The translations under genes and the position numbers were made by a program. A stretch of 63,444 bases of DNA, filler included, from Sluysia triapertura (lineage: Eukaryota): NCBI GenBank assembly GCA_046118255.1. It is 5 parts of 5 records of this genome, joined end to end, with 100 filler letters (N's around TTAATTAATTAA, not from the genome) between each part and the next. Parts side by side here need not be neighbours in the genome. Positions count along the whole stretch, not along the records: positions 1 to 14,925 come from JBJNIA010243991.1; 4 more parts are not named here. One strand, 5' to 3'. Numbering within the stretch: position 1 is the first letter of the stretch; the number at the start of each line of letters is the position of its first letter. Positions 1 to 10,276 of this stretch are shown one piece after another. The notes under the pieces were generated by a model, which was not told the origin of the DNA, searched no databases, and worked only from the letters and a program-made list of their open reading frames with translations.

Positions 1-687
1 AATTGTTTAAAGGTTTTAGAAATCCAATTATGACATGATTTGAATTTAAAAAATATAAGGATCTAAGATTTCTTTTCCTGGATTTATTGTATAATGCTAT
101 TATAATTAGTTATATTTTACATATAAATAAAAAGATTTTTTTTTAGAGTGATATTGTTGAGTTTGGTCAGATGAGTATGTTTTTTTTTTATACATCGTAG
201 AAAGTAATATTTATTTATTTTGATGGTTTTATTGTGGTTTTTTTTAGGTTATTGATCGTATTGTTATAGGTTATTTAATAGATTATTTAAAAGAATGGGG
301 ATGATTGATTATTTAAGATTTTCTTTATTATTTATATTTATGTGTGATATGTGTTCATTGTTAGATGAAAATATATTTGATGTTTTCCCGAAAAGAAATC
401 TTAGATCCTTATATTTTTTAAATTCAAATCATGTCATAATTGGATTTCTAAAACCTTTAAACAATTACTTAAATATTATATAACAATATTTTATATTTAC
501 ATCAAAAAGTAAACATAACAATAAATTTAAATTTATTTATTTTGTTAAGTCTTAATTTTTATGAAATAAATGCATATAATTGTATCTATATTTTAAGTAA
601 TAATCTGATAAATTTCAATACCGAATTTTGTAACAAAAAAAAAACAATTTTGCCAACTAAAAACCCCATATTTAATACAACTACCAC
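1..687. repeat. Mitochondrial major non-coding (control) region with inverted repeats
   Basis: 1-77 is the exact reverse complement of 390-466. 567-687 is the reverse complement of 14806-14925 except for 1 nt in an A/T run. Confidence 0.9.
78..483 (+). pseudogene. nad5: Duplicated 3' part of nad5
   Basis: 149-448 is nearly identical to 14405-14709, with a T-run 2 nt shorter and one ATTT unit missing, giving TAA at 205-207. 78-148 is a diverged match to ~14325-14404. ORF 295..483 is this copy. Confidence 0.85.
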
Positions 688-721
688 TAATAGACGTATA
701 TAATTATCTCAGATGTAGAAA

Positions 722-788
722 TTTCATGTGGCAGATATAATGTGATAATTTTAAGCATTATTTAAGAGTTTAGTGAACTCCATGAGAA
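722..788 (+). tRNA. trnL2: tRNA-Leu(UAA)
   Basis: Acceptor tttcatg/catgaga; anticodon arm ataat-tt TAA gc-attat. Confidence 0.85.
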
Positions 789-1235
789 ATTTTATTATTA
801 TTATATATATATATAGTTGGTGGATTATTTGTTTATTTTAATTTTTTAAATTTTTATAAGTATATGGTTTTTGGGTTTTTAATATTTTGTAGTTTTTTAC
901 CTTATTATAGGGTATTGAGGGTTTTTTGTATGTATTTTTTTTGAATATTTATATATGGGATATTAGTTGGATTTTTAGTAAATAAAAATTCTAAAATTTT
1001 TCGTAAAACAACCTTGAAGGGTAGTTTAATTCTTTCGATTTTTATAATGTTTTTAGAAATAATTAGTTGATTTATACGTTTATACGTGATTTTTTTTCGG
1101 TTTTTTTTGAAAGTAAGTATTGGTCATTTTTTAATTCAAGAGGTAAGAGGTATTTTTATTTTTTTGGAGGTTTTTGTTGTTTTAATACATTTATGAATAA
1201 TGTATGTTTTATTAGAGGAATTTTCAGTACATTAA
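789..1235 (+). CDS. atp6: ATP synthase subunit a, short (~148 aa), ATT start
   Basis: Table 9 translation gives ...CSFLPYY...FLEIISWFIRLYVIFFRFFLNVSIGH...EEFSVH*, matching the ETIS..IRP....RL.AN..AGH motif. Confidence 0.85.
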
Positions 1236-1305
1236 AAACTTTAGTTTAAATTCAAAAACATAAATTTGTAAAATTTAAAATGAAATATAAAGTATTCAAG
1301 TTTTA
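1235..1305 (+). tRNA. trnY: tRNA-Tyr(GUA)
   Basis: aaaactt/aagtttt acceptor; taaat-tt GTA aa-attta. Confidence 0.85.
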
Positions 1306-1316
1306 AGATTTTTAAT

Positions 1317-1377
1317 TAAGACTTAGGTTATTAGACTATAAATTTTCAAAATTTAAGGTACTTTAAGGTAGTCTTAA
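1317..1377 (+). tRNA. trnW: tRNA-Trp(UCA)
   Basis: taagact/agtctta acceptor; taaat-tt TCA aa-attta. Confidence 0.85.
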
Positions 1378-1381
1378 AAAT

Positions 1382-3064
<1,683 letters not shown>

Positions 3065-3085
3065 GGTTTTTTGGTTATATTTTAG

Positions 3086-3154
3086 CTAAAAGGACTGCGA
3101 TAATTTGTAGGTTACTCCGATATAGTAAATTTTAAGTTTAATAACTTCTTTAGT
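3086..3154 (+). tRNA. trnI: tRNA-Ile(GAU)
   Basis: ctaaaag/tctttag acceptor, ctgc/gtag D-stem, ttact-cc GAT at-agtaa, agtt/aact T-stem. Confidence 0.8.
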
Positions 3155-3412
3155 AAAAAATATAAAGATATTATAATTGTTATTTTATTTTAAAGTGGTT
3201 GTAAACAGGTCCTAAAAAAAAAAAACTTTTTAAGCGGTTTTTAGTCAAAATAAGCCTTTTTTAAGGGGATTTTTTTTTGTAAAAAAATGTATATATATAA
3301 TATAAATTTTTTTTAAAGGCTATTTTAGATTTCAATAAATTATTTGATATCTTATGTATCAATTTTTGATTAAGTTATATTAATATTATATAAATATTAA
3401 AAAAAATATTTT
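3155..3412. other. Second mitochondrial non-coding region
   Basis: No long ORF or tRNA found between trnI and the nad4 ATG; contains a poly-A run, a TA run and short hairpins. Confidence 0.6.
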
Positions 3413-4690
3413 ATGTTTACGATTAGAGGTTTATTATTAGGGTGTATATTTTTTGATAAGTCTATATATTTAATATTTTTAATAGGGGGGTTTTTAGGAT
3501 TTTTTTTAAAATATGTTAGTTACACCGGTTTTATGAATATTAATAAATTCATTTTTAATATCAGATTATTATTTTATTGATTTTTTTTTTTGAGATTAAT
3601 ATTATTAATAATAATATATTATTTGACTGATGGGGGTTTTTTTTGGAAATGTTTGGTTTTTTGATTTTTTATTTTATTTCTTTTTTTGTATGGTAGGAAA
3701 AACTATTTGATTTTTTTTGTATTTTTTGAGTGTATTATGTTTATTAGATTTTATGTTATTTTTTATTTTGGTTTTAATCCAGAGCGTTTAGGTGCTGGTT
3801 ATTATTTTTTATGTTATTCATTATTAGGAACATTTCCTTTTTTAATTTATTTATTGTACTTAGAATGAAATTTTGTTACAAATATTTTTTGAAATTCGAT
3901 AATAATTACCAGGGGTATAATGATTGTTTTTTTTTTATTATTATTTATAATAAAGATACCCATTTATGGTTTTCATTTATGGTTACCAAAGGCTCACGTT
4001 GAAGCACCTATTTATGGTTCTATATTATTAGCTGGAATTTTAATGAAGTTGGGTTATTATGGTATAATTGTTTTTTTATTGAAAAAATCAATAAAATTTT
4101 TTTTTCAAAAAACATATAATTTGGGTTTGGTTTTTTTTATTATATTTAATTTTGGGGTTTTTATATCTGGTTTTATAGCTTTAAAGCAGTTTGATTTTAA
4201 GTCTTTTGTTGCTTATTCTTCAATAGTTCATATGAGAATATGTATATATATAATTTTTAAATTTAAATTTAAAAATTTTTTGGGTGTTATATATGTTGGT
4301 ATAGGACATGGATTTATTTCTTCTGGTATGTTTTTTTTAGTACAAATTTTTTATAAAGTTTTATTGACTCGTAATATATTGTTTTATTCATTTAATTCAT
4401 ATTGATCTTTGTTTGCGTTTTTGTTTTTTATAGTTGGAAATATGTGTTTACCTTTAGGTTTAAGTTTTTTGGGAGAAATGTTAGTATTAGAAAAATTTTT
4501 AACCAAATATAATTTTGTTTTAATTGTGTGTTATGTTTGTTTTTCATCTTTAATGTCTGTTTGAATTTTTGTGGTTTTGATTTCAAAAATGATTTTAATA
4601 AAAAGTTATCAATGTAATTTAAGTTTTGGGGATTTTATGTTATTGGTTTTTTATATATATATAATTGGATTTTTGTTTTTTTTTAATTAA
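3413..4690 (+). CDS. nad4: NADH dehydrogenase subunit 4
   Basis: ATG 3413; FGFNPERLGAG, KIPIYGFHLWLPKAHVEAPIYGSILLAGILMKLG, DFKSFVAYSSIVHM, GHGFISS; TAA 4688-4690. Confidence 0.95.
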
Positions 4691-4697
4691 AAATTAA

Positions 4698-4755
4698 TTT
4701 CCTAAAATTATATTACTTTTGTAAAGTAATAAATATATTTGAGTATATAGGAAAA
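4698..4755 (+). tRNA. trnT: tRNA-Thr(UGU), D-armless
   Basis: tttccta/taggaaa acceptor; ttact-tt TGT aa-agtaa; only a short unpaired linker replaces the D-arm. Confidence 0.75.
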
Positions 4756-4776
4756 CCAGGAGTTTTAAATTTTTAA

Positions 4777-5013
4777 GTGTATATTATTACACAAAAACAT
4801 TTAAGTTTTAAATTTAAAAAAAAATTAATTTTTAATTTATATTATTGGTTTTGATATTTTTGGGTTTTTTTATTTATTGTTTTTTTATTATTAGGTGTGA
4901 TAGTAATTCGTTCTGTTTTTCCTCGATTTCGTTATGATTTAGTTATGGAATTAATTTGGGGGGTTATTTATAGATTATTGATGTTTAGAGTATTATTTAT
5001 TATTTTAATTTAG
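4777..5013 (+). CDS. nad1: NADH dehydrogenase subunit 1, separate C-terminal part (nad1_b, ~78 aa; GTG 4777 or ATT 4828 start)
   Basis: ...FIVFLLLGVIVIRSVFPRFRYDLVMELIWGVIYSLLMFSVLFIILI* contains the ND1 R...PRFRYD.LM...W motif; TAG 5011-5013. Confidence 0.92.
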
Positions 5014-5018
5014 TTTGA

Positions 5019-5083
5019 TAACAAATAGTTTAAGAAAAAACGTTAGTATTACAAACTAAAAATAAATTTAGGTTTTTTGTTAT
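5019..5083 (+). tRNA. trnV: tRNA-Val(UAC)
   Basis: taacaaa/tttgtta acceptor; ttagt-at TAC aa-actaa. Confidence 0.85.
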
Positions 5084-5088
5084 TTTTA

Positions 5089-5154
5089 GATTTTGTAGCT
5101 TATATTTAAAGTGTGGTTTTGAAGAGACTAAGAAAATTTTTATGTTCAAAATCA
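5089..5154 (+). tRNA. trnF: tRNA-Phe(GAA)
   Basis: gattttg/caaaatc acceptor; tggtt-tt GAA ga-gacta. Confidence 0.85.
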
Positions 5155-5164
5155 GTTAATTTTT

Positions 5165-5229
5165 TGCAAGTTAAGTTAAATTAAACTAAGAGTTTCATGA
5201 ACTTTCAATCTCTATTTGGAGGCTTGTTG
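5165..5229 (+). tRNA. trnM: tRNA-Met(CAU)
   Basis: agtt/aact D-stem; agagt-tt CAT ga-acttt. Confidence 0.85.
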
Positions 5230-5235
5230 GGTTTT

Positions 5236-5303
5236 TCTTTATAGGTGTAAATATTGCATAAGAATTTTTGATATTCTTGGACTTTAAAAAATCAGATAAA
5301 GAA
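5236..5303 (+). tRNA. trnQ: tRNA-Gln(UUG)
   Basis: tctttat/ataaaga acceptor; agaat-tt TTG at-attct. Confidence 0.8.
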
Positions 5304-5305
5304 AA

Positions 5306-6223
5306 ATGGTTTTTTTTAAAGTATTATTTATGTGACAGGCTTGGGGGGTTTTTTTTATATTAATTTTAAATTTTTTAGTTTTTATTTTTAAGAGTTTTGT
5401 TTATATTATAATTATATATATAATATTAGATGTATATTTAATATACCTTTTAATTTCTAGTATGAAAAAAGATGTTAATTTAGGTATAGCTTTAATATTA
5501 TTAAAAGTTATTGGAATTTTTGGAGGGTTTTTTTTAGTATTTTTTGATTTTGTTAATTGGAATTATTTGTTTGTGAGTTTTTGTTTTTTTAAGATGGGAA
5601 TTTTCCCATTTCCTTTTATTTTTAAAGATATTTTTAAGAAGATGGGGGGGTATGAGTTTTTTTTGTTAATTATTTTAGGAAAGATTCCATTATTATATTT
5701 ATTAAGACTATTAAAAAAAACCATAGATTTAAATTTAATTATAATTATATTAAGGATTTTTGTTTTGTTTTTTTTAATAATTATTTTTAATAAAAATTTT
5801 TATTATTTACAGGATGTGATTTTTTTAACTTCTTCTGTAAATTCTTTTTTTTTGGGAGTTATTTTATTATTTGGAAATAATATAAGAACAATTTTTGTGT
5901 TTGGTTTTTGAATATTTTATGGGTTAATGGTTTATGTCTTTTTTCTTAAAAAAAAACTCAAGATGGTTGTTTTTTTAAATTTTTTAGGATTTCCCCCTAT
6001 GTTTATTTTTTTATTTAAGGTAGTGGTGACATTGGTATTTAATGTTAAAGGATTATGTTATTTAATGTTATTGTTGTTGTTATTAAGGTTTTTTGTATTG
6101 AGGGTTGTGTATAGTTATATGTTAATAAGATTAGTTTATGATTTGGAATTAAAGAATAATTGAATTATTATTTTTAGATATTATTTTTTAAGGATTGTGT
6201 GTTTTTTTTTAATTATTATATAA
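5306..6223 (+). CDS. nad2: NADH dehydrogenase subunit 2 (~305 aa)
   Basis: ATG 5306, continuous with TGA=Trp; FFKMGIFPF, LGKIPL, LTSSVN, LGFPPMFIFLFK motifs; TAA 6221-6223. Confidence 0.88.
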
Positions 6224-6989
6224 TAGTTAGAGGTTTTAGAAAATTTGATCTTAGTTTTAAATTTATTTATTTATTAAGTATATTAAGCAATATTATGTGT
6301 GGTTTTTTTTTGTATATTAAAAAATTGTGCAGATACGAATATTTGTCAAGAAATAAGTAAATTATTTGAACGAGCTATAATAAATTAATTTAGAAGTAGA
6401 AAAGAGTAGTGCCAGCACCTGCGGTTAGACTGATGAATTCTTTTAAATATTTTTTGGTGGGAAAAAAATTAAATTTTTTAATGGGTTTATTAGAAGTATA
6501 ATTTTTTAAAGTAAATACGTATGATATTAAAAAAATCGACAAAGAATTTAAGTTTTAATTAGCGACTAGAATTAGATACTCTATTAGTAAAAAAAAAACT
6601 TGTTAATTATTTATCCACATGAACTGAAAAGATTTGGCGGCTTAAGGAATTATTTCCGGGAAATGTGAGTTTTAAGAGAGGATCCGCTTAATGATTGAAC
6701 AATCTTTTTTACTAAAAATGGTATTAAGGTTAGTGTACGGTTGTAGGTAGATTAGACTTGATAAGTTTAATTTTTAAGGCAAATCGATGTGCTGCTATAG
6801 ATTGGTTATTTCTTGCATTGCAATTATTAAAAAAAGAATATAAAAACTTTTTTTTAAGTACTGGACAGTAAAAAAATAACAGAGTTGTTTTTTTGAAGGT
6901 GTTTATCTTTAGCGTACACACCGCCCGTCATCTCCCTTAGGGGAGTAAGTCGTAACATGGTAGTGTTAACTGAAGTTGATGCTAAGATA
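6224..6989 (+). rRNA. rrnS: Mitochondrial small subunit (12S) rRNA; boundaries approximate
   Basis: gtgccagcacctgcggtta, gaattagatactctatta, gtacacaccgcccgtca, gtaagtcgtaacatggta. Confidence 0.95.
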
Positions 6990-7057
6990 TTTTAATTAGT
7001 GTAATTTAGCATTCTTAATTTTCTATTAAGGGGTGATATATTGTATATCATTAAATA
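6990..7057 (+). tRNA. trnE: tRNA-Glu(UUC)
   Basis: cttaa-tt TTC ta-ttaag; gatat/atatc T-stem. Confidence 0.8.
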
Positions 7058-7306
7058 ATTATATTAATTTTAATAATTTTATTCCATTTTATAAGGTTTT
7101 TTTTAGGAAAGTTTCGTTTTTTACAGTTTGTTTTGGTGTTAGAATTTAGATTTTTGTTATTGATGTTTAGTATGGGATTTGTCAATGAGGGTTGTTTTTC
7201 AATTGTTATTTTTTTGTGTGGGTTTTTTGTTATAGAATCATGTTTAGCTATTGGAATTTTAGTATTTTTTAAACGTTTAAGGAAAAAATCAATGATTTTA
7301 ATTTAG
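7058..7306 (+). CDS. nad4L: NADH dehydrogenase subunit 4L (ATT start)
   Basis: FLQFVLVLEF ... FFVIESCLAIGILVFFNRLS; TAG 7304-7306. Confidence 0.85.
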   Translation: MILILIILFHFIRFFLGKFRFLQFVLVLEFRFLLLMFSMGFVNEGCFSIVIFLCGFFVIESCLAIGILVFFKRLRKKSMILI

Positions 7307-7307
7307 A

Positions 7308-7376
7308 ATTAAATTAGTTTAAAAAAAACGTTAACTTTGGGAGTTAAAGATCTTAAAAATTTTTTAAGTTTTGATA
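7308..7376 (+). tRNA. trnP: tRNA-Pro(UGG)
   Basis: ttaac-tt TGG ga-gttaa; gttt/aaac D-stem. Confidence 0.85.
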
Positions 7377-7381
7377 ATATA

Positions 7382-7435
7382 TCACTTTTTTAATAATTAT
7401 TTGCATTAATTTTTTACTTTTATAGTAGAAGTGGG
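7382..7435 (+). tRNA. trnA: tRNA-Ala(UGC), D-armless
   Basis: tcacttt/gaagtgg acceptor; aatta-tt TGC at-taatt; tact/agta T-stem. Confidence 0.75.
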
Positions 7436-7440
7436 TTAAA

Positions 7441-8247
7441 ATTAAGGATTTTAGTATAACTTGAAGAAAATGATCAGAATCTTTTTATATAAAGGAATGT
7501 ATGTGTGTTTTTTTAATTAATTTAAATTTAGTTTTTTTTGTTGTGTGTTTTTTTAATTATTTACATAATTTTGTTGGATTAAAGATAGTATTATTAAGGT
7601 TAATAGCTTTATTATATAAATTGTATGTGTTAGCAGAAACTTTTTTAAAATATAAAGTTTTGGGGTTTTTTAGTAAAAACAATACTCGAGTATTTTATTG
7701 AAGTTTTTGTTTGTTTATTTGAACAGAAGTATTATTATTTTTTGGATTTTTTTGAGGATTAGGGAAAAGATGAAATGAAGATTTTTTTTCAAAAAATCAT
7801 GTTTATAAACACAATATTGCTCATATAGGTGGACTTAGGATACCTTTTTTAGGATCTGTATTATTATTTATGTCTGCTATTAGATTATCTTATTCTTTAT
7901 TTGATTATAAGAAGATAGGTGAGTTTAATGTTTATTGGGTAATGGTAACTGTTTTATTAGGGGTTAGTTTTATTTGTTGTCAAATTTTAGAATATGGTTC
8001 TATTTGATTTTCTCATAATTGAGGCATATTTTCTTCTTTGTTTTATGGGATAACATTTTTACATGGTTTTCATGTATTTGTGGGGGTTTTGATGTTTTGT
8101 TATTTAATTATAGTTTTTTATATTAAAAATTTTAGTATTAATTCAACAAATAGTATAGTTTTTTTTGCAATTAGATTATATTGACATTTTGTTGATGTTG
8201 TTTGGATTTTTGTTTATAGATTAGAATATTTAATTTTGCCATTATAA
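7441..8247 (+). CDS. cox3: Cytochrome c oxidase subunit 3 (start uncertain: ATT 7441 or ATG 7501)
   Basis: LFIWTEVLLFFGFFW, CQILEY, FYGITFLHGFHV, YWHFVDVVWIFVY; TAA 8245-8247. Confidence 0.93.
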
Positions 8248-8316
8248 ATTATTAGAATATGAATTAGTATATTAAATTTCCAATTTAAAAGACTTTAAAA
8301 ACAAAAAGTAATAATA
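8248..8316 (+). tRNA. trnG: tRNA-Gly(UCC)
   Basis: attatta/taataat acceptor; ttaaa-tt TCC aa-tttaa. Confidence 0.85.
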
Positions 8317-8374
8317 TAGAAAAAAAATCAAGGTAGTTTCGGCCTATTTGTAGGATTTATTGTTCCTTTTCTAG
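8317..8374 (+). tRNA. trnR: tRNA-Arg(UCG), D-armless
   Basis: tagaaaa/ttttcta acceptor; ggtag-tt TCG gc-ctatt; gga/tcc T-stem. Confidence 0.8.
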
Positions 8375-9358
8375 TATTTTAAAGATTTAATATGTTTATT
8401 AAGATGAATATTACTTTTTGAATTACGGTTTTTTGATTATATTAATTTTATTAGATTAATATTTTTGTACGAATTTAGGAGATTTAGTTTTTTTTTAGGG
8501 AAAAGTGTTGAAATTTTTTTTTTGAAAAAAAAATTAGAGTTGAAATGATAGTCGTTCTTAGAGTTCTTATATTTATGTCTTAATTTCTTAAGGAAGATTA
8601 AGTTTATTGTTGAATAAGGAATATAAATTTCTGTTGTTAATTAATTATTAGAATAGTAAATTTTTCTGTTAAAGGGAATAAATTTATTATAAATATTTTA
8701 TTTGTGTATTTTATTATGAATAATAGTGAAATATTTTTTTTAATATAAAAAAATAAGTATATAAAGATAAAAAAAATTATTAAAATCATTAACCCACTGT
8801 TTATTAAAAACATTTCTTTTTTTGTAAAAAGTATTTCCTGCTTAAAGATATTTATTAAATATTTATTAGCTGCAGTATAGATGACTGCAATAAAGTAGCA
8901 TAATTATTTGTCTTTTCATTGGGGGCTTGTTTGAATGGGATAAGGAGTTAATTTGGTTTTTTTTTGTAATATGAATTTTTTTTTTAGATTAAAACTATCT
9001 AAAATATAATTTAAGACAAAAAGACCCTAGTAGAGCTTTAAGAATTATATTCTTTTTTTTGGGGAAAAATGCTTTTTTTATAGAAGTAAGGATTATTGAA
9101 AAGTTTCCTTAGGGTTAACAGGGGAAAGTAAATTTGGAGTTCAAATCGAAGTTTTTCTTCCTACCTCGATGTTGAATCAGAGTTAAGTTAAGGGGTAGAT
9201 TCTTTATTCTTTTGCCTGTTCGGCAATTAAAACTTTACGTGATTTGAGTTTAAACCGGTGTAAATCAGGTTGGTTTTTATCTAAAAGTTTCATGTTTTTA
9301 GTACGCAAGGATTTTAATATAGGAATGGTTTTTGGTTGTTTATATTTAGGTATTAATA
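8375..9358 (+). rRNA. rrnL: Mitochondrial large subunit (16S) rRNA; boundaries approximate
   Basis: gacaaaaagaccctag, acctcgatgttgaatc, tacgtgatttgagtttaaaccgg, sarcin-ricin loop agtacgcaagga. Confidence 0.95.
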
Positions 9359-10075
9359 TTGATTTTTTTATTAACTATTTTAACGTTATTAGTTATTATT
9401 ATGTTTTATACTATGTTGGAGCGAAAGATAATGTCTTATATACAAATTCGTAAGGGACCAAAAAAGGTGGGGTTTTTAGGTTTATTAACTCCTATCTTTG
9501 ATAGTTTTAAGTTATTTTTAAAGATTTTTTATAAGCCCACGATGAGTAATAAAATTATGTTTTGTGTTTTTCCTTTTTTTCTTATAATATTATTGTTTGT
9601 ATTGTTTTATATATTACCTTTTAAAAAAGGATTTAGTTTTTTTGAGTTTGGATTTTTAATTTATTTTAGTATTTCTGGGTTTGTTGTAATATTTTTTATA
9701 TTATCATCTTTTGGGAGTAATAGAAAGTATACTTTAATAAGAACTTTACGTATATCGGCAGGGGTAATTAGATATGAAGTTGGGGTTTTTTTAATAGGTT
9801 ATTTTTTAGTAAGTATTATTATGGGATATGATTTTTTTGAGATTTTTTCAATGAGATTTAAGATAGTGTTTTTTTTACCTTATGTTTTTTTGTTATGAAT
9901 TATTTTTATATTAATAGATTTACAACGTAGACCTTTTGATTTTGCTGAGGGTGAAAGAGAATTGGTTTCTGGAGTTAATGTTGAGTATGGTGGTTTAGGG
10001 TTTGCATCTTTTTATTTAGCTGAGTATGGAAAAATTATTTGGTTTTCAATAGTTAGGAGGTTTTTTTTTATCTAA
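9359..10075 (+). CDS. nad1: NADH dehydrogenase subunit 1, N-terminal part (nad1_a, 238 aa, TTG start)
   Basis: [66 protein letters not shown] with TAA 10073-10075; lacks the PRFRYD segment. Confidence 0.95.
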
Positions 10076-10076
10076 T

Positions 10077-10147
10077 ATTAATGTGGCAGAAAAATATAAT
10101 GCAAAGATTTTAGGTGTCTTATATAGAAATTGATTTTCTCATTAAGA
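10077..10147 (+). tRNA. trnL1: tRNA-Leu(UAG)
   Basis: aagat-tt TAG gt-gtctt; tggcaga D-arm. Confidence 0.85.
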
Positions 10148-10216
10148 TAATAAAGTTTATTATGAATATTTGGCTGTTAACCAAAAGGAGCAAAAATTTT
10201 ATATTTGCTATTATTT
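10146..10216 (+). tRNA. trnN: tRNA-Asn(GUU)
   Basis: tttgg-ct GTT aa-ccaaa; gcaaa/tttgc T-stem. Confidence 0.88.
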
Positions 10217-10273
10217 GTAAATTATTAAGGTTGTTTTCTAAACAGTTATTGTGGTTTGTAAAACCGATTTACT
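10217..10273 (+). tRNA. trnS1: tRNA-Ser(UCU), D-armless
   Basis: gtaaatt/gatttac acceptor; gttgt-tt TCT aa-acagt; ggttt/aaacc T-stem. Confidence 0.8.
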
Positions 10274-10276
10274 TAT

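Noticed and set aside
3065-3260. Possible mitochondrial RNase P RNA or other large ncRNA
   Set aside because: No GGAAAGUC-type conserved region; most of the structure is explained by trnI.
4757-4763. AGGAG Shine-Dalgarno-like motif before nad1_b
   Set aside because: The rrnS 3' end has no anti-SD sequence; probably chance.
6730-6921. ORFs 6730..6921(-), 9244..9453(+), 1067..1249(+) and 3811..4002(+)
   Set aside because: They overlap rRNA genes or are off-frame shadows of atp6, nad4 and nad1.
7443-7485. Possible trnS2 (cttgaag loop)
   Set aside because: No anticodon stem; a proper trnS2 is at 14744-14796; probably the cox3 5' end.
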